Below are positions 27,690-41,104 of a stretch of DNA of 64,000 bases, piece by piece. Position 1 is the stretch's first letter. The number at the start of each line of letters is the position of its first letter. A model generated the notes under the pieces. That model made no database searches, was not told where the DNA came from, and saw only the letters and a program-made list of their open reading frames with translations. This stretch comes from Octopus vulgaris (lineage: Eukaryota), in the NCBI GenBank assembly GCA_951406725.2, contig OX597817.1:5890001-5954000 (forward strand), read 5' to 3'. Position numbers and translations under genes: made by a program.

Positions 27690-29260
27690 ATGTGCGCGTA
27701 TCTATGATTTCACTCATTCCTCAAAACTGGGTCACGGTCATGCATCAACGTATCTTATGAAAGAAAATTATCTCGTTAGCAAAGTACGATTTCATACGTC
27801 ATTCATCTTCAAGCTTTCACACCTCCCAAACTGCTGGTAGTCCTCCAGGTCTCCACCAACTTTATGTAGCTCTCTTTTACTTTTCTAAACAACGACGGCT
27901 TTGCAAGCAGAAAACCCGTAGAGAAGCACCCTCATTTTCGTTGCCAGCTTACATCCAATTCTTCATTCTTAACCAATTGCCTCTAAATTTGGTTCATTCC
28001 AAACTATAAAGATTCCACCTCGCGTACGTCCACACAGGAAATACCTCTGGCAGCTTCAAACAATGTCGCTTGCCATGACAATGTCCATCCTATTGTAATC
28101 AAACATTGCGCCCCAGAATACCCCTAAACTTATCAAATGTTTTAGTCTCTCACTCTCTACGAAAATATACCTTGACATTTGGAAGCATGCTGCAATGTGA
28201 CGCATTCCAAAGAAAGGTATCCCCTCAAACACAGCCAGCTATCTCTCAACTATTACATCTTTTAAGATAATGGAGACTGCCATTAATAATGACCTTCTCC
28301 AACACATTGAATATTTTCCCCCTTTAAGAACCACCTGTACAGCTTCTGCAGAACCAGATCCACTGAAGACATACTCTTTCATGTCATTCGCCAGTGAGAT
28401 CTCATTTTGTAATTGCATTAGCTATCAGTGAAGCCATCCAACTCATCTAACATGCAAATATCCTCTCAAAACTCGTTGCCTAGATGTTCCAGCCAACGCG
28501 ACATGTGCCGACGGTGCTCTTTATGCCTCATCCTTAATCAACTAAGGTACTCCCCTGAGTTTGGTTTTCTTCCTCCGCGCTCGTCTTTCTATACATCAAT
28601 CACCTTTTTGCTACAACGTCCAACAACGCCGCTTCTACGTAGATGAGATGAATTTCAATTTGTTCTGTCTGTTCCCAACCGTTGCATCATTTATATGCCT
28701 AAGCTGTAATCATTCTATAAATGGAGATCTCGGGAACATCCTTCAGTGAGGTTAAATCCACAAGTCTTTTTTAACAGAAAAACAAAACACCAATCACTAA
28801 GCATTTCAAGAAAACAACATCGCATACAACTCCTCTAAACACATGGCCCTCACATATCCTTAACATAAGGACCACATCCCAATACCTAACCCCTCCCGTC
28901 AGGATCAGAAAATATTGCAGCCGCCGAGACTCTAGAAGACTGAAGAGAGTCCAATAATGGAGTTCTGCTCTCATCTTGGAAACGGTACTGTTACTTCGTA
29001 TACATATATCTTGGACTACATCTAAGTAGTAGCCAATGTATGTAGAATAGGGTCGGCATTGGGCTACGTATATCAAAAATGAATGCTCAAGATACATGTT
29101 AGACAGAATTGAAAGAACCGTTTGTTAAACACCTATACCCACACCATTCACATAGGTTGTTCGTCACTTATCAGGCACAAATTTCAGCTGACCAAATATT
29201 AATCTCTGCAATGAGAGATCACAGCTTCAGTACTACGAACGTGTGATTAGATTGTTGAAG
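27690..29260. pseudogene. Decayed LINE relics (minus-strand RTE-like piece; plus-strand CR1/Jockey-like piece)
   Basis: KLATKMRVLLYG on the minus strand (~27915-27950) and PIMEFCSH...YILD on the plus strand (~28950-29015). Confidence 0.45.
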
Positions 29261-29899
29261 GAAATTATTGCATGATGGATCTTTCAAGCTGAGTAAACCA
29301 GCAGGAGATCTAAGAGTAGACCAAGAATGAAATCGTTGAATAATATCCATAGTCTGTTGGTAAGTTTTGAGAATCCAGCTGGAAAGTATAATGGCGGTGG
29401 CTTCAGATAGGATCTTACGAAGGAGGGACCTGAAGACTCAATCCTCATGACTCTCCCAGGGCGGAGAAGTTGGTTGAGAATATGAATCACAAGTTTTCCG
29501 AGTCACTGCATCATGTTGCTATTCATGTTTGGTAGACCTAATTGCAGTATAAAACACATTGTTGGCCTTCTTTACAAACACAGGCCAGGCGTTCCAGTTT
29601 GTGTTCTCCATTCATTGTAATAAACAGTTCAAAGGTGGCGGGCAAACAGTATCTTTAGTGCATCGGACACAATGCTAAGCGGCATTTCATCATTCGATAA
29701 AATAAAGCGCCAGTCAAGTACTGTGGATGATGTAATTAACGACCCCCTTTGGCCAGAATTTGAAACAATTATAAGCTGTTTACTTTTAAGACCCACCATG
29801 ATCTACTAAATTAGAGAAAATGTTTCTGGTTCTGAAAAACGCAATCACTAATCACGGACGTTACAAAGCAGTGATAATGAAAATGGGTCCCAAACACAT

Positions 29900-30290
29900 T
29901 TACTCTTTCACTTGTTTCAGTCATTTGACTGTGGCCATGCTGGAGCACCGACTTTAATCGAGCAAATCGACTCCAGGACTTATTCTTTGTAAGACTAGTA
30001 CTTATTCTATCGGTCTCTTTTGCCGAACCGCTAAGTTACGGGGTCGTAAACACACTACCATCGGTTGTTAAGCGATGTTGGGGGTGGGGGGACAAACACA
30101 CACATATATATATATACATATATACGACGGGCTTCTTTCAGTTTCCGTCTACCAAATCCACTCACAAGGCTTTGGTCGGCCCGGGGCTATAGTAAAAGAC
30201 ACTTGCCCAAGTGTCCGGGTTCAGTGGGACAGAACCCGGAACCGTGTGGTTGGTAATCAAGCTACTTATCACACAGCCACTCCTGCGCCT
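29900..30290 (-). mobile_element. SINE family A
   Basis: Matches the other family A copies. Confidence 0.9.
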
Positions 30291-31989
30291 ATAAATAATA
30301 CTTTTATATCCTTTGCTTAATGCATCAATCAGTTTTTTTTTTAAGGATCAAATTCAATGTACATTGATAACAGATTAATAATCAAATAATTTACCCTTAG
30401 AAAACATAAGTGTACTAGTTATCTCCCGTCCATATCTCGTAATATTGTCCCTTACACTTCAAATATTGTATTTGAAAGTTGCTTCCCTTTACGAAAAGGC
30501 GTGCAAAAGAATTGCAATGAGAGAGGGGAAGGATGGAGAGTGGGAGAGAGAGAGTTATGAAATGACTTCATCCAAAGCAAAGATTCTTTTAAAAAATATT
30601 TTTGTTTATCTCACGGATCACGTAACTTACACACAGAATGTAATACGTTTGGCCATTAAACTTGACATAAAATTCTTGAATGTGAAATTCATAAGCAATA
30701 CTTAGACATCTGCTTTTACAGTGTGTTGCTGCTATTTTTGTTTAAATCCTTATCAGCTCGAAACGACCAAATCTATGATAAAATGTGTTGTAGAGTTGAT
30801 CAGCCATTCTTGTTTTACTGCTTTTTCTATGTAGGAGTAACGCCTACAGAGAGACTCCCTCTCTGGCTTATTACTGTTTAGATTGAACAATGCAATGTTA
30901 TGAACCTTTTAAATTACATGCTAGATGTAGGGAAACCTTACAATAAATACTGCTAGGTTTTATAGCTTCTCAACCCAAGTTCAGATCCTGTCAGATGCAG
31001 GTTTAGCTCAGTGGATACAGTGGTTGCTTTTTTGTTCCGTATGTCTTGAGTTCAATCTCACTGTGAGGCATTCCAGGCCAATACCTTCTGCTGTAGTCTT
31101 GACATAACCAATGTTTTGTGAATGCTATTGATAAACAGAAACTGGACAGAACTTATATATAAATACACATAGGCATGTACATACATATCTATACATCCAT
31201 ATGTGTGCCGGTGTGAGTTTAAATCTCTCCATGGTTTACTCAGGCAGTAGACTTCACCTCTTGCCTAGTTTAACATCTTGGATACTCAAGATAACAGAGT
31301 CCAATTTGTAGCAAGGAGCCAGGTCCCACCCAATCTTGAAGGCTCTGTAAAGTATCTTGAGCACTAACTTTCAAGAAATATGAAGATGATGAAAACCATT
31401 ACAGTTTTAACACAATAAATATATGAAAACATGTCAATTATAAATTCAGTTAAAAATTATTTTTTTAATGTTTCATGTAAAAGAAAAAGTCATTGTTCAT
31501 TCGTTTTGTAAATAGTAAAAATAAGTCTTTATCATGGTTCACTCAAAATTCACTGATCTCCAAACCTGGTTTCATAGATTGAAAAATATAACCTTTAACA
31601 TTTACAAATTTGAAACTGTTAACAATCCAAAGATTTTCAGTTATTTATTTTTTCTTTTGTATTCTTATTGTTTGGGATGTGGAATGATTTTAGCTTTATT
31701 TTTGATACAGGTAATAAATAACTGCTGTTTTCCCTACAAGCCATTCAGCTGTGAATTAAAACCAGGAACTGAATTCTGCTATAAGCAGGGTGGAGCAAGT
31801 AGACCTGCTTAAAAGCAGCATACAAGGTTCGTTTAAAAGTTTTGTATTTGAAATAAGTTAAGAAGATTATAGTTTTTCAGACTGTTAACTTAATCCAAGA
31901 GACGAAACATTTCGAAAGAAATTTATACCTTCACAAACACAGTTCAGAAAACCATCCAGCCTCCTGATCAACTACCAAACAGGCAAATA

Positions 31990-32125
31990 TTGGTTTCAAT
32001 TTTTGACATGGGACCAACATGTTCAGGGGAGGAAATAAGTTAATTACATCAGTTGATACTTATTTTATCAACTCCAAAGGGATGAAAGGTAAAGTTGACC
32101 TTGGTGGAATTTGTACTCATAAAGC
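31990..32125 (-). mobile_element. Decayed SINE family B variant
   Basis: ttttatcaactccaaagggatgaaaggtaaagttgaccttggtggaatttg is a CpG-decayed family B body. Confidence 0.65.
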
Positions 32126-32638
32126 ATTATGTGCCTCAAATGCTCTTTGGATACTTCCATGTTAGAAAGAGTTTTAATCAAAGAAATTTTAATTCTATTT
32201 TTCTGTAAAATAATATTTAATTAGTTTGAATGTACACAAAAATAATCTTTAATTCCATTAGACATTCTAAAATACTATTAAATTTCATTCAGTTTTAAAA
32301 ATGGGAAAATTGGACAGAACTTATGGGATGACCTGATAAAATTTCTAAGATATTGCTTCAGAGGGATGTATTTCAAGGGAAGAATTGGACAAAAAGTTTA
32401 GTGTAGGCTCTGGTTTGATTCAATAGCTCTATGATCAAAGGCATTCTTGCCATGACCATTCCACCTCTTTTTAAATTTTTTGGACACATCAAAGATGACA
32501 GTATGCAATGTATCTTTTCTTTTTTAAGTTAGAACAGAAAGTGTGTTTAGCTGCTATTTGTTCAGCAGGTTGAGCAACCACAAATGGGCCTTTCATCATG
32601 TGGAGTCTGATGAAGATGCATGGGCAAAGGAGAGGTAA

Positions 32639-33066
32639 GAGAAGGCCTTGTAGGGCATTCCTGTTAATTTTTGGAGGAGTATACTGTTACAGTAATGGTG
32701 CAAAAATTAAGGAGAAAGGTCATAGGTCAGTGCTTGTAGTATTTTAATGAGTGAAGGCTTGCTTTTCTTTGAGGAAAGTTACTAGGATGAACTGTGTAGA
32801 TGTGTGATTGTTAGTCATGGGTGTACATCTTCAGATATAAGAATACTGTACTTCAGTCATATTTGCACTTGATAAATAAGAACTACTCTAAGGAAAGTAT
32901 TTCCTAACCTTAAAAAGGAAATCTACCCCCTGTACTGCCTTAACTGTTGAGAAGGCCTTGTAGGGCATTCCTGTTAATTTTTGGAGGTGTATACTGTTAC
33001 AGTAATGGTGCAAAAATTAAGGAGAAAGGTCATAGGTCAGAGCTTGTAGTATTTTAATGAGTGAAG
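32639..33066. repeat. 118-bp direct repeat (32639-32756 and 32949-33066)
   Basis: The two copies differ at 2 positions and are offset by 310 bp. Confidence 0.95.
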
Positions 33067-33139
33067 CCTCTCATTAACTTTCTGTAAGTAAGCTACTTTA
33101 AACCTACCAACTAAAGATTTTTTCAAATAAAAAAAAAAA

Positions 33140-34379
33140 TTAATTGCCGACAATAAGGCACAGAATTACATGTTTGTTACTACAGTTTTTCTGGTGTGCT
33201 GTTAAAGCACTTTTCACGAAAAACTGTTGCTGACATAAATCACAGGAAAATGGTTTCTCTCTGTAGTGCCTTCTTTGGTGCTCACGAAGGCTGTTGCTCT
33301 GAGAGAAATTTTTATTACATATATCACAATGGAATGGCTTCTCCCCTCTGTGTATTCTGCTGTGTCTCTGTAAGTTACCCCTGACATTGAACTTCTTCCC
33401 GCAGATATCACATTGGAAAGGTTGCCGGCCATTATGTCGAATTTTGTGCTGCTGAAGACTGCTTGACTGAGAGAAATCTTTACCACATGTGTCGCAGTGG
33501 TACTGCTTCTTCTCCAAGTGGCTAATCTTGTGTACCCGCAAATTGCTTTGCTGGGTAAAGCTTTTGCCGCATAAATCACAGTTAAAAGGTTTCACCCCAG
33601 AGTGCACTCTTTCATGCGTTTTTAATAAAGTAACCTGAGAAAAGCTTTTACCACATGTGCCACATGAATACGGTTTTTCACCTGTGTGAGTCCGTTCATG
33701 TTGTATGAGGTCCCTTTTGCGAGCAAAACACTTGGTGCAATAATTGCAAAGGAACGGTTTCTCCCCAGTATGGCGTCTCTTGTGTTCCTGAAGACTGTTA
33801 CTCTGAGTAAAGTTCTTACCACAAATTTCACAATGAAATGGTTTCTCACCCTTGTGGGTGCGCATATGTCTTTTCAAATTGCACAAAATGCCAAACTTCT
33901 TGTCGCAAGTATCACACTGGAATCGCTTTACACCTGTATGCGTAACAGCATGACTCTGAAGACTGCTTTTACTGGAAAAGTTCTTAGCACAGACCTTACA
34001 TTTGTATTCTGTTTCACTGGCATGCGTTCGTTTGTGAGTCGAAAGAATGCTTGGCTGAGAAAAATTAATGCCACAAATGTCACAGTTGTATGGTTTCTCC
34101 CCAGTATGAGTCCGTTCATGGCATTTCAAAGTACTCCTGAAAGTAAATTTCTTGCCACAGAAGCTGCAAAGGAATGGTTGTTCCCCCGAGTGTATTCGTT
34201 TGTGGAGCTCAAGTTGGTGGCTGTGTGTAAATTTCTTATTGCAAATTGTGCAACTAAACTGCTTTTCCGTTTGATGTGTTTTCTTGTGTTCTTGTAAAAG
34301 AGACAGTTCTGAGAATGATTCCTGACAGGTCTTGCATTTGTGAGGTTTTCCTTCTGAAGACTGGACAGGTGTATATTTG
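33140..34379 (-). CDS. Terminal coding exon of a tandem C2H2 zinc-finger protein (13 C2H2 + 1 C2HC fingers)
   Basis: Uninterrupted ORF with CxxC-x12-HxxxH repeats and TGEKP-type linkers. A splice acceptor (ttatatctcttcag|C) lies at 34380/34379 and the stop TAA at 33142-33140. Confidence 0.95.
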
Positions 34380-34651
34380 CTGAAGAGATATAAATGTGAG
34401 GAATCATTTATGAATCTAGTAATATATGGACAAGTGGAATAAAATTTAAAATTTCTTCTTGGAATACAGATAAGGGTTAGCAAAAGAAAAAGCAACTGCT
34501 CAATTATAAGTATTTGTAAAACATATATTAGTATGGGAAAAACGGACATAGAATAAATGAGATGAGTATTTGTGTTAACAGACTGGCCAAACAGATGGAT
34601 CCATAGAAATCAACCTTAAATATTCAATATTATATATTTAAATATTATATA

Positions 34652-34945
34652 TCATCATCGTTTAACATCCATTTTCCATGCTAGCATGGGTTGGATGGTT
34701 CGACCAGTGTCTGGGAGCCAGGAGGCTGCACCAGACTCCAGTCTGATCTGGCAGTGTTTCTACAGCTGGATGCCCTTCATAACGCCAACCACTCCGTGAG
34801 TGTAGTGGGTGCTTTTTACGTGCCAGGTGAAGCTGGCAACAGCTATGATCGGTTGTTGGTTTTAACGTGCCACTGGCACAGAAGCCAGTCAAGGTGGCGC
34901 TGGCATCGGCCACGTTCGGATGGTGCCTTTTACGTGTCTCCGGCA
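34652..34945 (-). mobile_element. SINE family D (RTE-type tail, (GAT)n end)
   Basis: gagtggttggcgtta(t)gaagggcatccagctgtagaaac...catgctagcatggaaaatggatgttaaacgatgatgat. Confidence 0.85.
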
Positions 34946-35318
34946 AATGTATATATAAATATATAATGTAGGGTAACACTATCTCTCTCCAGCCCAACCT
35001 TTTGTAGGTCTCTAAGAACTTTTGATATTTGAAGTATATGTGGGCCATTGATCTGTTCAAGGCTTTCAGACAGTTTTTTTGTTACAAGTTTTAGAATTTT
35101 TCATACAAATGTGCAAACAAGGTTAACAGTGTGATTAAGAAGTTCACTTTGCAACAACCATGCAGTTTTAGTTTTAGGTTCAGTCCTTCAGTGTGACACT
35201 TTGAGCAAAGTTTCTTCAATGATATCACTCTGTTGACCAATGCTTTGCTGGTGAGGCTGGTTCATGGCAACTTTTTAGAAGCTTGTCACGTTTACATATA
35301 TCTATATATATATTGATT

Positions 35319-35618
35319 GGAGGCGCAATGGCCCAGTGGTTAGGGCAGCGGACTTGCGGTTGTAGGATTGCGGTTTCGATTCCCAGATGGGCGTTGTGAG
35401 TGTTTATTGAGCGAAAACACCTAAAAGCTCCACGAAGCTCCGGCAGTGGGTGGTGGCGATCCCTGCTGTACTCTTTCGCCACAACTTTCTCTCACTCTTT
35501 CTTCTGTTGGCCTGCTCGCTTAGCCAGCGGGGTGGCGTCATTTGAAGGATAAATCAATGCGAAGCGCATTGTGACCAGCGATGTGTAGCAACATCTGATA
35601 GCCTGGTCGGTCACGGTA
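35319..35618 (+). mobile_element. SINE group C: tRNA head + non-CORE body + tail type 2
   Basis: The first ~180 bp match the 38961 copy; the tail is unrelated. Confidence 0.85.
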
Positions 35619-35624
35619 ATATAT

Positions 35625-35822
35625 ATAGATAAAAATGGTAAGACAACAAAAGAAAGAGAGAGACCTCGATATTATGTAAATAGAGGAATTTATCTGTAAA
35701 TGTAATATGTGACAATTATTCGGTAGCCATAATAAAACTCTGAGTTTCGGATGTTGGGGTGGAAATCCATGCCACCATCTCTTCAGATAACTGAATAATT
35801 ATCACATATTACATTTACAGAT
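35625..35822 (-). mobile_element. Penelope-like pLTR fragment with an inverted segment and a broken hammerhead
   Basis: CTGAAGA GATG...CATCC GAAAC TC AGAG at 35786-35738. 35694-35721 is inverted at 35793-35820. Confidence 0.55.
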
Positions 35823-37064
35823 ATATATATGTGTGTGTATCTATGTGTGTGTGTGTATGTGTGTGTGTCACTACTTAACAACTAGTGTTAGTTTGTATTG
35901 CTGTAACTTAGCAGCTTGGCAAAACCGAATAAATACCAATTTTAGAAATTAGTACTGGGTTTGATTTGATTGATTAATCACCTGAAGGTAGTGCTCCAGC
36001 ATTGCCGCAATCTGATGACTGAAGCAAATAAAATAATAAAGATATAAGTATTACTTATGAGGTGGGTGAATAGGAAAGATTCATAAGAAGTCCATTCCAT
36101 AAGCAGTCGCTTTGCCTTACTACCTAAATAAGGTAGATAACTCTGTCTTGTCCAGTTTACAATCTTAGTAAATAGATTCCACTCACCAATTCGTTAATTA
36201 GTTGCTAGCAATTGGAAAGGCATCCGACTGTATTAGTAACTGTTCCAACAAAAGTCATCCCACCCACATTCAAAGCAGGATTCTTCCCTCTGTTAGTATA
36301 TCAACCTCCTCGCTCCTGTGTGATCACAAAAGCGTTACAAATATTTTCTCTTTGTTAATTGAATGAAGGCCCACAAACAAAAATAAAACACTGAGTAGTG
36401 ATGGGTTGACTCGTTAGCTTTGAACAAATGAATGGACTCTGTTATACGAATTGAGTACTTTTACTTTTGCATGCATACCCTAACAGACAAAACTGACACA
36501 CCCCAACATTGAGTCCATCTTACCCAACCCGACCCATTATCTTTACCATTGTGTCCTCAGCTCCCTCTCTTTCACACTAACCCTAACATTACTCTTTCCC
36601 TCCTCCTCTCTTCTACTCCAACTCCAGTAGTATTCCTTTTCTTATTCTCTCTATTAACACTGTCTCACATTAATTCTGTTCTTTTCTATTATGAGGTACT
36701 CTCTTTTGTTTCAGCAACAAGGTGACTCCCAGCAGTGTTGATGCTACAAAAAACACACAGTACACTGAAGCTGATTGGTAATCGATTCATACAGGGACAA
36801 TATGGGGCTTGAGAGGGTTCTTGAGTCTTGGTGATGGTTAGATAACCTCTATAATGCTAGTGACATGAAAAAAATGCACCCAATACACATTGCAAAGTGG
36901 TTCATGTTATGAAAAAAATGCAGCCATAGAAACAATGCCAAACACAAGATACTGGAGCAAGAAGTCATCTGACCTGTTCAATTCTGTTGGCCAATCCTAC
37001 TCACGTCAACATAGAAAGTGGATATAAAATGACGGCAGCTATGACTGACTGCTAGCTACTAAAG

Positions 37065-37225
37065 TGTTCCTTTTTTATTCTCTCTCTGTTTATTTTCTCG
37101 TGTTCCTTCCTGTTGAAGAGCATAGGCTCGAAATGTAAAAGACTTTCTCACCTTCCTGAGCTTTAAACTAATACACCTGTTTGTTGTTTACACACCTGTC
37201 TTCGTCTTTTGTAAATTCCAACAAT
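37065..37225 (+). mobile_element. Family E pLTR with a variant hammerhead at 37106-37141
   Basis: CTTC CTGTTGA A GAGC atag GCTC GAAAT GTA AAAG. Confidence 0.7.
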
Positions 37226-37590
37226 ATATATATATGTATATATACATATATATGTGTGTGTGTATATAAATAACCCATATCTGTCTATCATGAGGTCTGT
37301 CTTTCTCATTCTATATACCCATGTGGACCATTTTCATACTAGCTAACCACTTGATCTATTCCTTCAACATTCAAAATACCACCTGGATTTACCTGGGATT
37401 ATACCTAAGAGCCTATACCTGCACAAAAGAATGGACCAACCTCCATACCCTCTGGAAGAAAATGAGCTGTGAACTTTATTCTCCTGTCTGTATTCTTCTA
37501 TCTACTATTTTACTCTTTATTCTTCTATTTACTATTTTATTCCTTTATAAACTTTGAATTCCCTGTTTAGAATGTCATACATACGCACCT

Positions 37591-37636
37591 TGTCTCTGAT
37601 GACGGAATACTTAGTGAATGGAAATGCTGTAAGACA
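37591..37636 (+). ncRNA. Degenerate type I hammerhead motif in a PLE-like relic
   Basis: UGUCU CUGAUGA ... GAAA ugcu GUA AGACA. The 5-bp stem I is intact; stems II and III have decayed. Confidence 0.5.
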
Positions 37637-37964
37637 TCTCCATACACTGCTGTAAGATATCAAATAATCAATTAATTAAGAAATTAACTAATTAATTACT
37701 TCCAATTCACCTTACCCTAATTAAATATTCTAAATGAGTTGAGATAATCATCCTGCCTTGGTTTTTGTTGTCCTTTTTCTCTAATATATGCCTGCTAACT
37801 CGGAAGCCTTCTGTGGATGGCTAATTCCAGCCTCAGCTGCAAACTTGGAACCTAACCAATGACCAATTATAGCACTTACACAGAGTACCTATTCAATTAG
37901 ATCACCTGTGAACTTAACCCCTCCCCACATATTATATAAATAAATAAATATCTATATATATATC

Positions 37965-38200
37965 ATGTAAAAAGCACCATCCGATCGTGGCCGTTTGCCA
38001 GCCTCGTCTGGCACCTGTGCCGGTGGCACGTAAAAAGCACCCACTACACTCACTGAGTGGTTGGCGTTAGGAAGGGCATCCAGCCGTAGAACCATTGCCA
38101 AATCAGACTGGGCCTGGTGCAGCCTTCTGGCTTCCCAGACCCCAGTTGAACCGTCCAACCCATGCTAGCATGGAAAGCGGACGCTAAACGATGATGATGA
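37965..38200 (+). mobile_element. SINE family D
   Basis: Same sequence as the 34652 copy in the opposite orientation. Confidence 0.85.
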
Positions 38201-38457
38201 TATATATATATGTAGGGTATGATAAAATGTGCACACAGTCCATAGTGTAAAGTGACAAGCAACCAGCTGCAGGTTATGCAATTGTAAAAGCCATGCCCCA
38301 AATCACATGATATGCTGAATAACGAAAATTAGCAGTGTTGAATGGTAGATGATGAGTCGATGGTGAAGAACCCTGACAAGTGGCAAGATGCTGCTATCTA
38401 ACAACACACCCATAGAACCATGGAGAAGGAGATGTAAAACAGAGATGATGATGATAC

Positions 38458-38643
38458 ATACATCATCATCATCATCGTTTAACGTCCGTTTTCCGCACTA
38501 GCATGGGTTGGACGGTTCAACCGGGGTCTGGGAAACCAGGAGGCTGCACCAGGCTCCAGTCTGATCTGGCAGTGTTTCTACAGCTGGATGCCCTTCCTAA
38601 CGCCAACCACTCCACGAGTGTAGTGGGTGCTTTTTACGTGCCA
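38458..38643 (-). mobile_element. SINE family D, 5' truncated
   Basis: (CAT)n tail followed by the family D body. Confidence 0.85.
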
Positions 38644-38673
38644 ATATATCAATAAACTTCAATGAAAACTTAC

Positions 38674-38746
38674 CAGTTGGAAGTAACATATGTCTGCTGG
38701 GTAACAGTTGTAAAAAGGGCAGGGTTTAATTCAAGGGAAGATGATA
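38674..38746 (-). CDS. Coding exon 3 of the zinc-finger gene (SSSLELNPALFTTVTQQTYVTSN)
   Basis: Acceptor cttttcctatccttttgcag and donor TG|gtaagt. The 73 bp exon is open and its phase matches both neighbouring exons. Confidence 0.75.
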
Positions 38747-38960
38747 CTGCAAAAGGATAGGAAAAGCAATTGTGATATTTTAACAATATAATATTGGCAT
38801 TGTCATTCATGTTGTACGAAGAATAGCATGTTGCATGAAATATGATAGAAGTGATTGGCTGTGAGTCAAAAAGAGTAGGCTTTTTTGAGAGTGTAAACTG
38901 ATACAGTCATATTGGTGATTTGAAGTTAATGATATTGTATGTTGAGCACCATATTAGACC

Positions 38961-39343
38961 GTGGAGGCGCAATGGCCCAGTGGTTAGGGCAGCGGACTCG
39001 CGGTCATAGGATCGCGGTTTCGATTCCCAGACCGGGCGTTGTGAGTGTTTATTGAGCGAAAACACCTAAAAGCTCGACGAGGCTCCAGCAGGGGATGGTG
39101 GTGATCCCTGCTGTACTCTTTCACAACAACTTTCTTTCACTCTTACTTCCTGTTTCTGTTGTACTTGTATTTCAAGGGGCCGGCCTTGTCACTCTCTGTG
39201 TCACGCTGAATATCCCCGAGAACTACGTTAAGGGTGCACGTGTCTGTGGAGTGCTCAGCCACTTACACGTTAATTTCACGAGCAGGCTGTTCCGTTGATT
39301 CGGATCAACCGGAACCCTCATTGTTGTGACCGACGGAGTGCTT
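38961..39343 (+). mobile_element. SINE group C: tRNA head + non-CORE body + tail type 1
   Basis: A and B boxes present. 12-bp TSD ccatattagacc at 38949-38960 and 39344-39355. Confidence 0.9.
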
Positions 39344-39752
39344 CCATATTAGACCAGGTTGATCAAATATATGACAAAAGGCACTCCAGTTGTGGCCGTC
39401 TTGTTTTACTACTTTTCTAGTAGTTGATTATATATTATCCAATGTAGAGTTTCCCTTTTTAAAACAGTGGGCTCTAATTTCAAAGAGATCTAGTTAATTT
39501 CTAGCAGTTCAAACAAACTTGTTATAATTTTCTCATTAGCTCAAGTGAAATTAATGTTGAAGATAATGTCAATTAAATTCTGATATCAATATAACAGTTT
39601 CTTTTTTTTTTTATTTCATTTAGTCAAAGAAGGAAAGATAGTAAACATGACCTTTTATCTTTTTCAGGACCTCTGAAATGAGTGAAAGAAAGATATTTTC
39701 AAACCAGAGATCAAACTTGAATGCTTGGAAGTGTTATTAATAAAAAAAAAAT

Positions 39753-40003
39753 AAATGCGCCCTTTTAAAGCCTAGCCAGGTTCATGGGCCCGGTTTCCCA
39801 GTTTCAATGGCGTATGTGTTCCCCAGCTGGACGGGACGCCAGTCCATCGCAGCGTTACTCATTTTTGCCAGCTGAGTGGACTGGAGCAAAGTGAAATGAA
39901 GTGTTTTGCACAAGAACACAACGCGTCGCCCGTTCCAGGAATCGAAACCACAATCTCACGACCATGATGCTGACATCCTAACCACTAAGCCACGCACCTC
40001 CAC
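39753..40003 (-). mobile_element. SINE group C: tRNA head + CORE + tail type 5
   Basis: CORE is followed by ctgcgatggactggcgtcccgtccag, which resembles V-SINE 3' blocks. Confidence 0.8.
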
Positions 40004-40428
40004 ACTGGAAGGTTTATTAGCGAATGCAAATTGCTATTTAAATACAAAGTTTGACCTATAAATCTGTAGATGTAAACTGATAGATAGATGAAATTAATAC
40101 ATACATTAAAATAAATATAAAGCACAATGATAAGATATATTGACTGAATAGATCAGTTTGTATTTAGTTGATACAAGTAGATAATGCAGTGAGTTTTGTT
40201 GGAATAAGGATCAAGTATTGTTGATCAAAGTTACATCAGGCAAAACAAATCTTCCATCAACTGATAAGGTAACAAGAGAAAGTGATAGTATAAATAGAAA
40301 AAAAAAAGGAAATAAAATAAAGTAAAATTATACATAATGCTATATTTGTTCTATGTCCTCGCGTTGTGTTTTTCTGTGCTTTCTTGTTTGGATTAACTTT
40401 ATATATATATATATATATACATACTTAC

Positions 40429-40480
<52 letters not shown>

Positions 40481-40746
40481 GCATCCACAAGCATATATAA
40501 AGAAGAGTGTAATCAAGAAAAATCTGGAAGCACATTTTGATCAGAGGTATATAACAACCTGATAGTTTGATCAGTACAAGGGAATTATCCATACATATAT
40601 AAACAAACATACAGATATATATAACTTTATAACATGCACACATATATATATACACATCTGATATATTTTTGTGCGTATGTGTGTGTGCCTTTACACACAC
40701 ACATATAATGATAGATAGATATTGATAAAATTAAGGAGTTTCTTAC

Positions 40747-40847
40747 ATGCTTCTTTGTATAAAGAGTCTAGAAAGTTATCAATATATTGGCGACGTTGGC
40801 CTAAATCAACAGAGTCTGAAAATTCAAGAAGGTAATCTTTTTCATTC
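40747..40847 (-). CDS. Coding exon 2 of the zinc-finger gene (NEKDYLLEFSDSVDLGQRRQYIDNFLDSLYKEA)
   Basis: Acceptor tatctattttcag and donor AT|gtaaga. The 101 bp exon is open in the required frame. Confidence 0.75.
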
Positions 40848-41104
40848 CTGAAAATAGATAACAAATTTCATTTAATTTAACTGTATAAAATAAAATGAAT
40901 AACTTTTGAATAGGCACATTGTAACTGAACAACCTTTTAATATGGTACATTGTAATTTTGGCTAAGTGAGCAAAATTAGTCATGTAAGGAGACTTGATGA
41001 AAACAGTCTTGTATATAAGGATACAATTACTGTAATTTTCTTTTCGTGACAAGTGTTTGATTCAGAGTAAGCTCTTTTAGTTTGTGCTTCAAGGAAATAA
41101 CATA

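Noticed and set aside
31534-31812. 92-aa hydrophobic ORF
   Set aside because: It has no recognisable motif and lies in T-rich sequence in the probable 3' UTR region.
33196-34407. Overlapping and antisense ORFs within the zinc-finger exon
   Set aside because: These are shadow frames of a repetitive coding sequence.
34380-34549. Hydrophobic N-terminus of the 469-aa ORF (apparent membrane-anchored zinc finger)
   Set aside because: It is AT-rich intron read-through upstream of a good acceptor at 34380, and phase-compatible upstream exons exist.
36187-36315. Candidate extra exon with a GTGAGT donor
   Set aside because: It has stops in all three frames and contains decayed SINE sequence.
38961-39035. 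Functional tRNA genes at SINE heads
   Set aside because: The acceptor stems are incomplete and each head continues into a SINE body.
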